Shown here: in pieces, positions 16,381-30,276 of the stretch
Layout: every line of letters starts with the position of its first letter
Numbering within the stretch: position 1 is the first letter of the stretch
Source of the DNA: Eledone cirrhosa
Lineage: Eukaryota
NCBI GenBank assembly: GCA_964016885.1
Contig: OZ024758.1
Coordinates: 20,584,001-20,648,000, forward strand
Length of the DNA stretch: 64,000 nt
Direction: 5' to 3'
Position numbers and translations under genes: made by a program
The notes under the pieces: model-generated
What the model was told of the DNA's origin: nothing
What the model saw: the letters and a program-made list of their open reading frames with translations, nothing else
Database searches by the model: none

Positions 16381-16761
16381 ACACACACACACCCACACAC
16401 CCATACACACACACACACACACATATATATACCTGTTGTTGTTTTCCGCTACCGTTGATTTTGTTGTTGTCGCTGCTGTCATGGTTTTGTTGCTGTTGTT
16501 TTCATTGCCGTTGGTCTTGCTGCTGTTTATGTGTTCCTTCCATTCATTGCCTCTGCTATTCCTATTGTTGTTGCTGTTGCTGTTTTCGTTTATGGTGATG
16601 TATATGCTGATGCTGGTCACGAACTTAGAGTCCACCTTTGGACTTTCGTCCGATGTGCTGAAACAAAGAAATTGTTACAAACGGGTTAAATATGAGAAAA
16701 TAGCAAACTGCCGGAAGCTTGCATTAACAGGTTTGAAATAATCACTACTACTACTACTACA

Positions 16762-16806
<45 letters not shown>

Positions 16807-17115
16807 TGAGAACTAAAACAATACCAGTGGTTGTAGGCGCTCTGGGAATGATACCTAAGGGGTCTAATGATTACTTATCGCAAATCCCAGGAAACCCGCG
16901 TGTAGGAGAAATACAAAAGATAGTACTAATGGGAACTGCCCATATACTAAGGAAGATTCTGTCAATATAGGTACATCACAAGTCTAAACACTAAAGATGC
17001 ATGTGTGAGTATGTATGTTCTTTCTTGAATATGGCGGACCTTGTTGTCTCTTGAGGTCACTGGTTGTGACTTGGTGATAACTCGTATGAACATAAAGCAA
17101 GATAAATGCAACAGT
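16807..17115 (+). mobile_element. 3' end of an R4/Dong-type RLE non-LTR retrotransposon in (AAT)n
   Basis: Translates RTKTIPVVVGALGMIPKG...EIQKIVLMGTAHILRKILSI* (stop 16968-16970), the characteristic C-terminus. Flanked by (AAT)n. Confidence 0.8.
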
Positions 17116-17136
17116 AATAATAATAATAATAATAAT

Positions 17137-17390
17137 ATGGAACTGCCATGAAGTCAAAGTGATCCCGATTGTCATAGGCGCACTAGGGACTATCTCAAAA
17201 TGTTTTCAGGGATTGTTAAAGAAAATTGGCCCCTTCACGCTTTTTGGAACGCTTCAAAAGGCATGGTTGCTGGGAACAGCAAGAACCCTCCGATACGTCC
17301 TGAATATCTGAGGCTGCAGGTAGTGGCTTGATATTCATTTCAACAAACTTTCCAGTTAACTAACATCAATGACTGAGACTCAAAGAATAA
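17137..17390 (+). mobile_element. 3' end of a second, diverged R4/Dong-type element in (AAT)n
   Basis: Translates WNCHEVKVIPIVIGALGTISK...LQKAWLLGTARTLRYVLNI* (stop 17309-17311), then a short 3' UTR and aataata. Confidence 0.8.
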
Positions 17391-18091
17391 TATTGTCCGT
17401 TACTTCGAACGTTTACATTGTGATACGAGAAGATTTGCAGTTATTTTAAAATATTCAATATCTTAAATTCTTCTTTTATTACTAAGTATATATTTGGGGA
17501 GCAATAGCATGTCAATAACCAATATATACCGTCCAGGGAAATATCCATTTTTTTTTTTATTTTAGAGTCACATAGAACTAAACTGAGAAGCTAAATATTC
17601 AGGTGTCGTTGGCTGAGGTAAACAATTTGTGGTTCCAACATAAACATATAGAATCTTCTTCGTATTTTGTAAAGTATATATAAGCCAAATAGGTCTGTCA
17701 CATCTACAGACATTACAAGTTAATTAAAGCTGAATATAATCGAGTTCAGATAAATACTATCCATTGAATTTGATTTAAATTAAATTTGCGTCAACTAATT
17801 AGACTGATGTTGGTGTTAACTGTAGCAACATACATTACACAACAGGACGTGTCGTCCTGAATGTCTGGTTTTAAATAAACTGTTTTTCCTTAAATGAACT
17901 GTAAAATCTAATATGATTATATCTATCTATCAATCGATCTATTTCTTTGTGTATATATATATATGTATATATATATATACATATATGTGTGTGCGTGTGT
18001 ATAAATATATATATATATATATAGGATAACAAGGTATCGTTTACGGTAAGCCCTATTGTACAGCCGACCATGTTATTTTTCATTATTTGAC

Positions 18092-18280
18092 ACGTGGATT
18101 GGCAGTATCGGTTTAGGGTTGGACGCCTTACTTTGACGCATAGAGTTACGTCCCTTTCCATTCTGAGTTCAAATCCCGCCGAGGTCAACTTTGCCTTTCA
18201 TCCTTACGGGGTCGATAAAATAAAGTACCAGTAATGTACTGGTTAATTGCTGGCCTTGTGCCGAAAGTAGAAACAATTAT
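18092..18280 (+). mobile_element. Octopus-type SINE copy
   Basis: Full-length match to 337-528. Confidence 0.85.
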
Positions 18281-18315
18281 TTTACACACACACATACAGG
18301 CATGCACACACACAT

Positions 18316-18355
<40 letters not shown>

Positions 18356-19345
18356 TTATATTTATATATATATATATATATATATATTTGTGTGTGTGTG
18401 TGTGTGTATGTGTATATGTATGTGTGTGTCTCTGTGTGTGTCTGTGGACGTGTGTCTGTGGGCGTGTGTCTGTGCTATGTGTAGTATTCTTAATGATTGT
18501 CAACTTCATCACAGCAGTTGACACACTTATAGTTAACTATTATAGATGATACAGGATACTTACCGATATCTAAAGGAAGAATCATGCTATTTTTATGGCT
18601 GCATGTCAGGAATTAGCCTTTCTAAATATTTGTTAAATAATACCTCACCGTCTTCATGAGTAGCATTATATTCACTTCTCCCCTGGTGGCAAGCAGTTTG
18701 AAATCGTCCAGTTATTCGCTATTTGCTTCTAAAATGTCAAAATAACCCCACCATAAAATCACATATTTACGTTAACCGTTGATCGTTGATTAATTTTATA
18801 CAACTCAAACATTTTATTCGTTTCCCACTCCTTTCATCCGACAACGTCCTTTCTTTGCATCTTCATGTGTTCATTGAGAAATGACGCAAATAAAGTGAGC
18901 AGTAGTATAAAGCTCTTTTACCTTAGTGCTGTTAACATGTTCTGATATGCATTGATACATACATTAGGAGTTATACTTTAGGGCAGTTTTTAGTTAATGA
19001 GATCTGTTGATCGTGAATGTTGTGGTGACGTTTATCGGGTCAGCATCTAATATAAATCACCGCTGACATACTTCTACTTTTCCCACAAATCTCACACCTC
19101 CATCACTCTGCAAACCTATGTCATTGAGGTTACCTTCTCGAACATTTAAGTTTTAGATTGGAATAGTTGGGATTACAATTATGTCTCTCCCTTCAGCCAA
19201 TCACTCCGTATCAAAAAGGTGAAAAGCCTCTCCACCATAACATGATATGGTAATTGACGTTGAACACTTCACAGGGCCATAACTTTTGAAGGCAAACTTA
19301 ATTGAAGGAAAACCCGTTGAACCTGTATACGTGCATCCAGATATA

Positions 19346-19572
19346 TTAACTCTTTAGCATTTAAACCGGCCATATCAGGTCAGAAGTCTCTGACCCTTTT
19401 CTGTTCAAACTGGTGGTAATCAACTTATCATACTTATGTTAAGGTATTGTTCTAAAAATAAATAATATCAAACTCGCTTGGCTTCGGTATTATGTGCGAT
19501 AATTATGTGACAAAGTATATACCATGGAAATGCAATAGTATATATAGAGTAATATAAATCCTAAAGAGTTAA
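19346..19572. mobile_element. TTAA-flanked MITE (piggyBac/Kolobok-type target site)
   Basis: TTAA-CTCTTTAGCATTTA ... TAAATCCTAAAGAG-TTAA: imperfect terminal inverted repeats with TTAA at both ends. Confidence 0.75.
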
Positions 19573-20302
19573 TGTGATGGGATTATGTTGAAATCATTCA
19601 AATATTTGACAACAGATTGTACACTGACAGCTTGAAATGGAAGTTATACACAGAGACAGAACTGATTCTATTAACTAAACCAAGCGATCATTGTGACATG
19701 GGAACATGCAGAAGAATACGCCCCTCTTACAAAAACAGCAACGTCTTAAATGGGATGATATTAAAGTGTATACAGTCAACAATTGATACCGCTAATGAGA
19801 AGAAGCAAGGCATCTTCCATCTGGAAAATCGACAGTGACACATGTTGGCGCTTAGAAGAGCAAATGAATATGCCAAGTGAAACTATATAAATATTGTTAT
19901 AATATTAAAAGCATTTAAGAATGCTATCGTTATTGCACAAAGGGGGTATTTTGTGCACCCAAAAAGCGTATAGAAACCTTCTAAGTGTTATCAAATTCTT
20001 TCCTGAAATCACAAACGCCAAGAAGATCGCAGCTGATGGGGAAAACAGATTTTTTCGAAATAATTACTAATCTTGTAAAATTGAGTCACATTACAACCAT
20101 TTATCATCAAAAATGAGAAAAGGCATCAATGAGAAGGTAAAACAGCTTGATGTTTAGCTGTAAAGGAGGAGACTGAGGGGAATTTATTCAACTGTTGTAG
20201 CGGGTTTTGAAAACCTATCCCCAAATATTTTCTCAGCAAACACACTACTAGTTCTAGAAACAGATATGTTAGACTATATATATATATATATTTATATATG
20301 TA

Positions 20303-20530
20303 TTGTTGACCGTTAGTCAGTCAGTGATAAAAATTGATGGCCAAATGAATTACCTATGCAGATACAAAATATGCAGAAGCAAAAACCAACCAAACTGTGA
20401 GTGCGTTCTCTTGTTATTTCTGACAATAATATTACAACAACATGACCCTCCCCCAAATATAACAATATTTGTTTCGACACACGATTTCATATCAAAGCTC
20501 CACCTGTTCCGACAGCTAGACAGCTATGTA

Positions 20531-20576
<46 letters not shown>

Positions 20577-20680
20577 ACTGTCTAGCTGTCGAAACGGGCG
20601 GAGCTCAGCCGTCGGGAACCTGACTCTTTTTCTGTCACCCCTTCTACTACATTAAATATCGAGTACTCTGGTGCGTTATT
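20303..20680. mobile_element. Solo terminal-repeat fragment related to the PLE at 49276-50508, plus a small fold-back
   Basis: 20303-20468 aligns to 50350-50508; 20451-20495 is the reverse complement of 49280-49324; inverted arms 20496-20528 / 20573-20605 surround a (TA)n run. Confidence 0.7.
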
Positions 20681-20691
20681 TATATATATGT

Positions 20692-20779
<88 letters not shown>

Positions 20780-21306
20780 GAAGATTGATGGAAAGTACAT
20801 AATTTTTTTTATATTATCAACGATCACATTAAACGTGTAACTTAATACATTTCAGATATTTTGGCTTCTAGAAAGGTGTTTAATTGCCTAAATAGTGCTA
20901 GCATCATATTGGTTAACAATAGCACAGGTGATGTTGTTACGTCATATAGGTAATATATCGTTATAATAGCTGTCTGAAGGTGGAGTAAAACATCATACCT
21001 TTGGATTAGACTCATTGTCATTAATCATCAAGCTCAAATAATGTTAAAAACACCTGTGTGTTTCTGCATATCATGTAAATTTAATCATCCAATCCAGAAA
21101 TGATTGGCACTGTGCCGAAATGAGATCTGCCTAGCGTATTCTATTCGCAATGACAAATAAATTAACAATTTCCTGCTGAACCCAAATAACACACTCAACC
21201 TGACAGTTCTACTACTTAACTTCCTTGTTCGTTCACAAGAAATTTGTTTTCAGGTGTATGCTTGTAATGGCTGAACATTAATTTCATCTAGCAGATATAT
21301 TGGCTG

Positions 21307-21519
21307 ACAAATACGGATATGCTGCAAATAATGTGGACCGAGCTTGATTATCGCATTGAGGTTTGCCGAGCAACAAAATGGGCAGATATGATATATAACT
21401 AATATCACACGAAACTATATTAGTGTATGCAACTCTAGCCAGCAATATTGTAAGAATATTCATTTCAAGTTTCGTATTACAAATATTTGGAATCAAGGAG
21501 TGTTTTTGTGATCAGCCTG
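21307..21519 (+). mobile_element. Tc1/mariner-superfamily transposase C-terminal remnant and probable 3' TIR
   Basis: Translates TNTDMLQIMWTELDYRIEVCRATKWADMI, similar to the 'DMLxxVWxELDYRxDVCRxTxGAHIE' ending of these transposases. Possible TIR end tttgtgatcagcctg. Confidence 0.6.
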
Positions 21520-22982
21520 GAGATGTGAAACATTGAATATTCCGAATTTCCGATACGTATGTATTGTTCATATGTATCCTTGAGAACTGGAGCAGGAAAC
21601 AACTGAAAGAATGAAAGAATGAATGAACTGAAGAATGAAAGATATATGGTATTTATATCACAAACTTATTACGAGAACACGGTTCATATGTACGCGAACT
21701 TACTCAATATATATTAATTCCTATGCATTTATAGATGATTCATAAATAGGCAAATACATATGCCGACACATACTATTAGACGTTTGCCTCAGTTTGTATA
21801 CCTAAGAATGTTTGTAAGTGTATGTAATGGAAAGATATATTAAGGAAAGTAGGAAACTATATTTACATTATATATGTATATATATTCTGATGACAATAGA
21901 TAACACTACCAAAACATTCTAATGTATTCGAATCAACAGTTATTCATTATACAATATGTTCTATTTACTAGCTGTTCCATACCTATATCAACGTCAATCT
22001 AATTGGAAAATATATACACACAAATCGAAGTAAGTAGAAAGTGTCAAATAGTGTAACAACGACGTTAACTATTTACATGTAAATGTCATATTCCATTTTC
22101 GTTTTTCTGAAATGGAAATGCCAAGAGATAATAGTAACTGGAATTTCTTTGTTAATAACTCCGATGTGTTCTATACATGGTAATCAAATTGGGAATATGT
22201 TATTTGTATAAATAAAACTAGAATATATTTTTTTCCATTTCATAGTGATTCTGAACGGTGATAAAATTCTCTCAGCATGAAATAGATAAGTAAATTCTAT
22301 AAGACGGAAGCGGGTTATTGAAATTACATTATTCTATATATGTTGCATTTGAATACATTCTTACTTTTTTGAACCAATGATATTTGACTCTACTCAAATT
22401 TAATGTGTTGTATAGGAAAAATATATTTACGCAATGAAATGGCAGGTAAAGTAGTGAGGTATGTTTACCAATTTAAAACACAATTATCTAATATATTTTC
22501 AATGAAAAATATTTTTTCATTATAATATTGACTTGGTTAAAGTGCAGAAGCCTCCATTATTTCTCCAGAATAATGTAAATGCTTGTAGCTATAAAAATGA
22601 CAATAATTCTTAGAGCCAGAGTTTCACAAACCAAACGTTAATCTAATGATCGTAAATCGCAAAAAAAAAAACACTTTAAATTACATTAAACTAATACGAA
22701 ATTTACTTTTTCTGTGGTATAAGAGAAGGGGAGAGAAAATGAAACGTACATGTAGTGTAGCGTGCACCAAAAATATAGCCCCAAATATAATCATGAACAA
22801 TTATTTGATTGAAACGGCACACTAGCACGCACACGCAGACACATAAATGTGTGCATGCGTGTTATATATATAGGTGGCTGATCAGCAAAGTAGATGATAA
22901 TGTCGTTTCGTCCCTATATGTTTTTTTTTTTCCTTTTTTATCCTCGTTGAAAATTGTTACTTACCTATATACACGCGTATAT

Positions 22983-23032
<50 letters not shown>

Positions 23033-23057
23033 AAATGTATATATGCATGGATGTATG

Positions 23058-23118
<61 letters not shown>

Positions 23119-23287
23119 ATATATGTATACGTGTGTGTGTGTATGGGTGTATATTAATATATACATATGTATATGTATGTACATGTTGGATGTATGAATG
23201 TATGTGTGAGTGTTTATGTCAGTATGAAGGTATATATGTATAGGAGCTAACTGAAACTCAAAACAACATCTATTTTCAGTCTCTCAC

Positions 23288-23323
<36 letters not shown>

Positions 23324-23897
23324 GCTCTATCTATCTCTCTATCTCTATCTCGCTTTGTCTCTCTCTCACCAACTATTTATTTGGTTTAGATTTCTCTATA
23401 TAATATATGTTACTTATCTCTAACGAACGCATCATTTCACTGTCTACCATATCAGTCTGTCTTTCAATATACTTTCGATCCAGCTTCGATCAGTCTACAT
23501 TTCTCCTTATTTGATTGATATCACAGTTTTTTTTCTCATTCATTAAACTATCGTATTGGCAATGTAATAAATATGGCAACTAAACTGCTATAGCTTCGGT
23601 GATTTAGACAGAATTGAAAAGATTAACATCTAAATACACAAACTGAAAATTTTGAAAAATAAATTTACTCATAAACCTCTGTACAAGTTAAACGTTTATA
23701 ACATTAAAAGAAAATCTTTGTCATGTCTGTGTCTCAAATTTTCATCTAGCATTCGTCACCAAAGTTTTCCTCAATATATTTACTCCATTGATGAATGGAA
23801 AATATAGACGTATATAGATGAACTTGAGTATGTTTATGAGTATAGATATATTACCATGCAGTGTTGAAGGCAGTAACTCCATACATGCATTTACATA

Positions 23898-23997
<100 letters not shown>

Positions 23998-24003
23998 TTT
24001 TTA

Positions 24004-24125
24004 AAGGAAAAGAATGACTTCACTTGTAGTGTTAAAAAATGTATGATTTAATGTTATAAGATAATATTATATTCTGAGGTGGTCTCATAAATTGTTTAAC
24101 ACTAGTGAAGTCATTATTTTCCATT
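24004..24125. repeat. Short imperfect inverted repeat
   Basis: ggaaaagaatgacttcacttgtagtgttaaa / tttaacactagtgaagtcattattttcc. Confidence 0.65.
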
Positions 24126-24168
24126 TTTTCAAATATATCTGACTGTACCAAGGATCTCACACATTTTC

Positions 24169-24215
<47 letters not shown>

Positions 24216-24218
24216 TAG

Positions 24219-24280
<62 letters not shown>

Positions 24281-24461
24281 TGTGTAACGCGCCGTTATTA
24301 GCTCTCCATGTGTAGTTTCCAGTCTGTAAAGGGATTGAAAACTAATCAGAGTGTAAATATAGTAATAAAAGGACGATTTGATATGATTAACAAAGTTATT
24401 AGGTAGTGACGCACGTTTCGCTATTGATCGGTTGAAGGTTCGATCTCTATCGATCTAGCCA

Positions 24462-24500
<39 letters not shown>

Positions 24501-24502
<2 letters not shown>

Positions 24503-24532
24503 TTTGAGTCTCAATCATTGATGTTATTTAAC
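24501..24532 (-). mobile_element. ~32-bp 3' tip of the R4/Dong-type family in (ATT)n
   Basis: Reverse complement gttaaataacatcaatgattgagactcaaaga matches 17355-17386. Confidence 0.75.
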
Positions 24533-25809
24533 TTATTATTATTATTATTAGTATTATTGTTATTATTATCATTATATGTATATATATAGATATATATATA
24601 TATATAAAAGAATTCATCAATGAAAAGTAAGGTACATCTATGGGGGCTTTAACATAATACACAGGTAGACAATCTTCATACCAAAAAACAAATAGTTATT
24701 TTTATATTACTCGAGAATTGTTCGTACGAAAATGAGGTAGTTGAAATGATTCCTAATATATTGTAGCGGTATGTACTGTTTTACAACGTGTGGCCCTAAA
24801 TAATTGTCTTAGTCGTTTGAGAATATATATTGAAACATAAGATAAATGTTTATAGTGTTACGCTGGCATACTTGTGAACTCATTCGGGGAATTGGAGATG
24901 TCGTAAGATCGTAAGATATAATGTCTTTACGAAGTTCCAGTGGATTAGTTAGGAGGTTGCTTTCCCTATATGTATTTATCACTTCCTCTTAGTCACTCGC
25001 TTTCTTTATGTGGATGAAAGCAACTGTGTACAGCGCGGGTGTAGAGACGGGTTTTGTAAGATTTTAAAATTCTCAGAAAATGCCGTATGTGACTACAGCG
25101 CCCCCTACTAAAACAGCAGGAATTATATGTTGTAAAAAAAGAGAAATGCTTCTGAATTGTAAAGCAGATAAAAATGGACGCCCTGTTGAATTGATGAGAT
25201 ACTTAGCTATTTCCTTTATTATTATTGTTTTCTTTCTGAACTAAATTTACCTTTGGTGCCACAGAGGTCGATAAAATAGGTAACAATTTAGTGCGTTATA
25301 TCTTAAATGGACTCTACTCATCCACAGGCTATTATACTGAAGCTGGAAATCAATATTACGAAGTCACTAGAAAGACGTATATTATATGCGGGTGTCCAAT
25401 AAGTATTACAATATCATGTGGTTCCATGACAATTGATGCATTTATGAAGTAACTATCAGTATATACATTTTTCAGTCGCAATGTCTGATTCTTTCATCTA
25501 GCTGACCTATTTGCTCTTATCTCATTCAGTATATTATTCGCAGATTTATCTCAATAATGTATGTATCACTATGGATATTTGAGCGATTACGTAGCAACGT
25601 TCATCAAGATTCTACAGCTCTCATTTCTATTTTTCTTTCTTTCATTTTTCACCTTTCACTTTGTCTCACTCTACCTCTTTCTACCTCTCATTCATTTTAT
25701 CTTTGTTTCTTTCTCTCTTTTTTTTTTACATTTTTACATGTATCAGTTAATCTCAGTCTCATCTACAGAATGCATGTATATATATAAGCAAAAAATTCCA
25801 AATATTAAT

Positions 25810-25863
<54 letters not shown>

Positions 25864-25873
25864 GATGTACATA

Positions 25874-25921
<48 letters not shown>

Positions 25922-25923
25922 TC

Positions 25924-25995
<72 letters not shown>

Positions 25996-26058
25996 TCTAC
26001 ATATATATATATATATATATAGAAAGATTTGAATGGATACAGTTTAGTTGAAAGGAAT

Positions 26059-26178
26059 TTATTGACACGTGTTTCTATAACAGTTACATAACCTAAAACA
26101 GCTGCTATCTACAAACTTTTAGTTATGCAGACATTCAATATTTCAATGTTATTATTTACTGTCATTTCATCAGAATAA
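26059..26178 (-). ncRNA. Type I hammerhead ribozyme with very long stem II
   Basis: TTATT CTGATGA a ATGACAGT [long insert] ACTGTTAT a GAAA CACGTG TC AATAA. Palindromic stem III ACACGTGT, canonical GUC triplet, ~38 nt from (TA)n. Confidence 0.72.
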
Positions 26179-26744
26179 TATTACTGAGGACCTATTTAGT
26201 ATTTATAGAGAATATTAGGAGGGAGGGGTGAGGTTGTTAGAAGAATAGTTGAAGGAGTGGTTTTTCGATAGCAGTGAGAATTCTTGGTGGCAGTGAGTAA
26301 TTAGATTCCCATCTGTTGTTTTGACATTTTTTATAGAATATATTATTGGTTATTTTTCTAAATCTATAGAAGGATTAGAGATAGTAAAGATATGCGTGGT
26401 TGGTTTTGTGTTTGCACTTAATTAACATTCAGACTTAAATTTTTCTTTCAAGTGTACGTATCCTTTCACCCACGCATTCACACACAAATATATTTGCACA
26501 CCTCTACAAAATACATATACTCACAATTCACATATTCATACTTACATATATATACACATGCATACACATATATATACACACATGTATTCATGTACATACA
26601 TACGCGCTCATGTGTATACATTTTCATACTCAACTTATCTTTATATACACACGTATAGACACACACATATATACATACATACTCTAGTCCATGTGTACAC
26701 ACATACACATACATACACATCTATATACACATATATACATACAC

Positions 26745-26804
<60 letters not shown>

Positions 26805-26901
26805 CACTTTAATACATGAATACACTTACATCTAACTATACACATCAAACATATATATATATTTACTTATTTATATACATTTTCACATATATATACATAC
26901 T

Positions 26902-26959
26902 TATGGACGTTTTTAGACACATTCATTATCGCATATTTGCACCTATTCTCATCAGCATA
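26902..26959 (-). ncRNA. Decayed hammerhead (G12 lost)
   Basis: TATG CTGATGA ... aAAA CG TC CATA; stem I and the GUC triplet are retained. Confidence 0.45.
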
Positions 26960-27334
26960 TCTTTCCATTATTAGTGTGGTAATTTAAGGTTATTAATATA
27001 TGTTGAGAAGAGATTGTTTTTATATTTTTCTAACTAGATTAAGGTTTATATAGTTGGGGGATGTCCCTCTTTTATGTAATATTCGGCTTGTAGTGGGAAA
27101 AAAGGGTTTTAGTTCTGTGACGGCAGAATAATGTTCGTTCAATTCTGTTATTCAGCAGTTTCTTCTTGTGTGTGATTATGTAATAAATCTCAAGATTATA
27201 TATATATATATATATATATCTATATATATATATCTATATATATATATACATATGTACATATACATATATATACATATATATACATATATATTTATATATA
27301 CATATATATATATACATATATATATATATACATC

Positions 27335-27381
<47 letters not shown>

Positions 27382-27498
27382 TTATCTCTCTCGCTCTCTC
27401 TCTATATATATATACATATATATACATATACATTATATATACTTATACATATACATTATATATATACGTATATATATATATATATATATAGATATAGG

Positions 27499-27547
<49 letters not shown>

Positions 27548-28618
27548 ATACATATACATTATATATATATATGTATACAGATATAGATGTTTCTATACAT
27601 ATATATGTGTGTGTGTATGTGTGTGTGATATACAATCATGTAATGGTAGTTGGGTGTGCGTCTGTGTCTGTTCTCATATACGTTTTCGTATAGTGATTAG
27701 ACCTTTACTGAACTTGAAGTACCTAAGCCGTATGTTCACAAGAGCTGCTCTACATATCAGTATGATTGTGTATAGATTGTTCAAGTGTATGAAATTACTG
27801 TATATATGAAATGTTATAACAAACATCGTTCGTTAGAAAGATTAAACACACCCTTTTAAAGATACTCATTATGAACTTAGAACCAAGTAATTTATGACAT
27901 GAATTATTCTTTTTGTTGGAAGCTACATGTTTAACGATTGATTTTTATGCATTAAAATTGTGAAGTACTTATACACACACACACTCACACATACACACAC
28001 GCGCGCAGTCACATACGCAGACACGCACACTCACACGTACACACATACACACATATACCCACTCACACACACACTCAGTCACACACACCCATACGCACAC
28101 CCACCCACTCACACACACACATACTCAGTCACACACACACACACAGTCACATACACACACACTCAAACGTAGACACACACACATACTCTCACACACACTC
28201 ACTCACACACACACTCACACACACCCACACACACACACATATCCATTCACATCCGGAACTTCGAAAGAACAACACGTACAACATGTAACGGTGAGATTTT
28301 GCACTTCGGCCTGCCGGCCTGCCTCGGGCCTGGCAAAATGGCACATTCCTTTGGTAACCTCTTTTAGGTTGAACTACAATCATACAATTTAACAAAACAT
28401 TACTTTGTTGCTACAACAAAATAAACATACTTTTCATCTCACGAACAATCCTCTTGTGACGTTATAATCAAGTTACTCGTTTGTCGATATGACTATCACA
28501 CCTTTCTAACAAACTGATTACTCGTGGCGTTATAACAATTACATTATTTCCTCTAACAACTTTTTTACTACATTAAAACACCCTTATCATCTGCTAAATC
28601 CACTCACACACATTCACA

Positions 28619-28701
<83 letters not shown>

Positions 28702-28718
28702 TTATATATATATATATA

Positions 28719-28984
28719 GTAATAATAATAAAATTGAAGACTAAAATCCAAAGAGGGCTCGATAAGGAAAATATATATCAAATATATATGAGCAAATATT
28801 TTTTTCCCGTTCTTTGCCAGCGAACGTTACCACGAACCAAAGTATCGTCTTCCTGTCTTCCTCCGGTTGCAACGTTTTTTGAAATATCAAGTTCTGCGTT
28901 TACAGATTGACTTTGTTAGTTTCAGAAGATCCCGTTAAGGGTGAAAGCAGCGATTCTTTGCTTAAACTTTAATCTGTTATTTTA

Positions 28985-28990
<6 letters not shown>
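28719..28990. mobile_element. (TA)n-flanked mini-element (family E) with a hammerhead-like remnant
   Basis: Copies or pieces at 46015-46210, 59247-59415, 35848-35876 and 16230-16310. Contains cAGAAGA tCCCgttaaGGGt GAAAGC. Confidence 0.65.
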
Positions 28991-29020
<30 letters not shown>

Positions 29021-29063
29021 AGGAGTTGACGGACCCATCTTATATATATGCGTATGTGTATGC

Positions 29064-29096
<33 letters not shown>

Positions 29097-29117
29097 CGCA
29101 CCCACACACACACACAT

Positions 29118-29157
<40 letters not shown>

Positions 29158-29252
29158 GTATAGACACAAACACACATAAACATATATGCAAACATATAAA
29201 TAGATTTATTTATTCATATGTGTGTGTATATATTTATGTATATATGTAAATA

Positions 29253-29475
29253 AACTCAGTGCATTACTGGTACTTTATTGTATCGACCCCGTAAGGATGG
29301 AAGGCAACGTTAACCACGGAGAAAGATAATTGTTTCTACTTTTGGCACAAGGCCAGCAATTACACTGCACATTACTGGTACTTTATTGTATCGACCTCGT
29401 AAGGATGAATAAAATAATGTACCAGTAATGTACTGAGTAATTGCTGGCCTCGTGCCAAATGTCGAAACAATTATA
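29253..29475. mobile_element. Rearranged SINE cluster (two minus-strand pieces and one plus-strand piece)
   Basis: cattactggtactttattgtatcgacc occurs twice, followed by the SINE 3' end in forward orientation. Confidence 0.75.
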
Positions 29476-30087
29476 TTTTGAAGTAATAGATTGTTGTTTC
29501 ATAAACATTAGCATTCTCTAGATTCATACTGTTATACCTCACTTATTTGAAATATTACTTTGAAATGTAATACAACTTTATCTGATCTGCTAGTAAAAAC
29601 TGCTAGATAATTGTGACACTTCATAGGATTATGGATCTGAAAGCAACAAATATGGGAAAGAAATGTACAATAACATCCTTTTAATACATAATATGAACGT
29701 GGAAAGCTTCGACACTATGCATTTGGTTATATTTCATTGATTTTATATTTAAAAAATACCAGGTGTGAAATACTGAAAAATTGAAATAACATTCACTAAT
29801 ATTTTGTTTCTAATATGGGAAATTGAACTGCACGCACAATCTGAAACGAATTATCAAATAATTCTCAAATTATTTTCCAGTATGCAAATATTGATTTTGT
29901 ATTAAATAATGTATTGAGTTCTTAAAAAGATGAAATTCATTATTTTTCCGTGCATATAGTGTGAGAGAAAGCTGCATTCTATTTATCAAAAATATATATA
30001 CACTGCTAGAAGATTTAAGGAACGACAAGTTTCATGAATGTGACATCACAAAAATGTGGATTGAATGACATGTTTACATCCGCACAG

Positions 30088-30157
<70 letters not shown>

Positions 30158-30162
<5 letters not shown>

Positions 30163-30276
30163 AGTAAGTAAGACCCCCTGGGTTCTTACTTACTCCTATT
30201 ACCCACTCTACTACCCTAAGTATTGAGTACTTTGGTGCGTTATGGTCCACCTGGTTCCTTACCACTTTTCCCTCGC
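30158..30276. mobile_element. (TA)n-flanked mini-element starting with a 20-bp hairpin (family H)
   Basis: ataggagtaagtaagacccc/gggttcttacttactcctat. The block ctactac...gagtactytggtgcgtta is also at 20645-20678. Confidence 0.6.

Noticed and set aside
18640-18900. Possible Tc1 transposase remnant (minus strand); also a possible LINE remnant at 54100-54420
   Set aside because: Only faint motif resemblance with many stops; not supportable by eye.
21621-21655. CTGAAGAATGAAAG
   Set aside because: No room for stem II; part of a GAAT-rich simple repeat.
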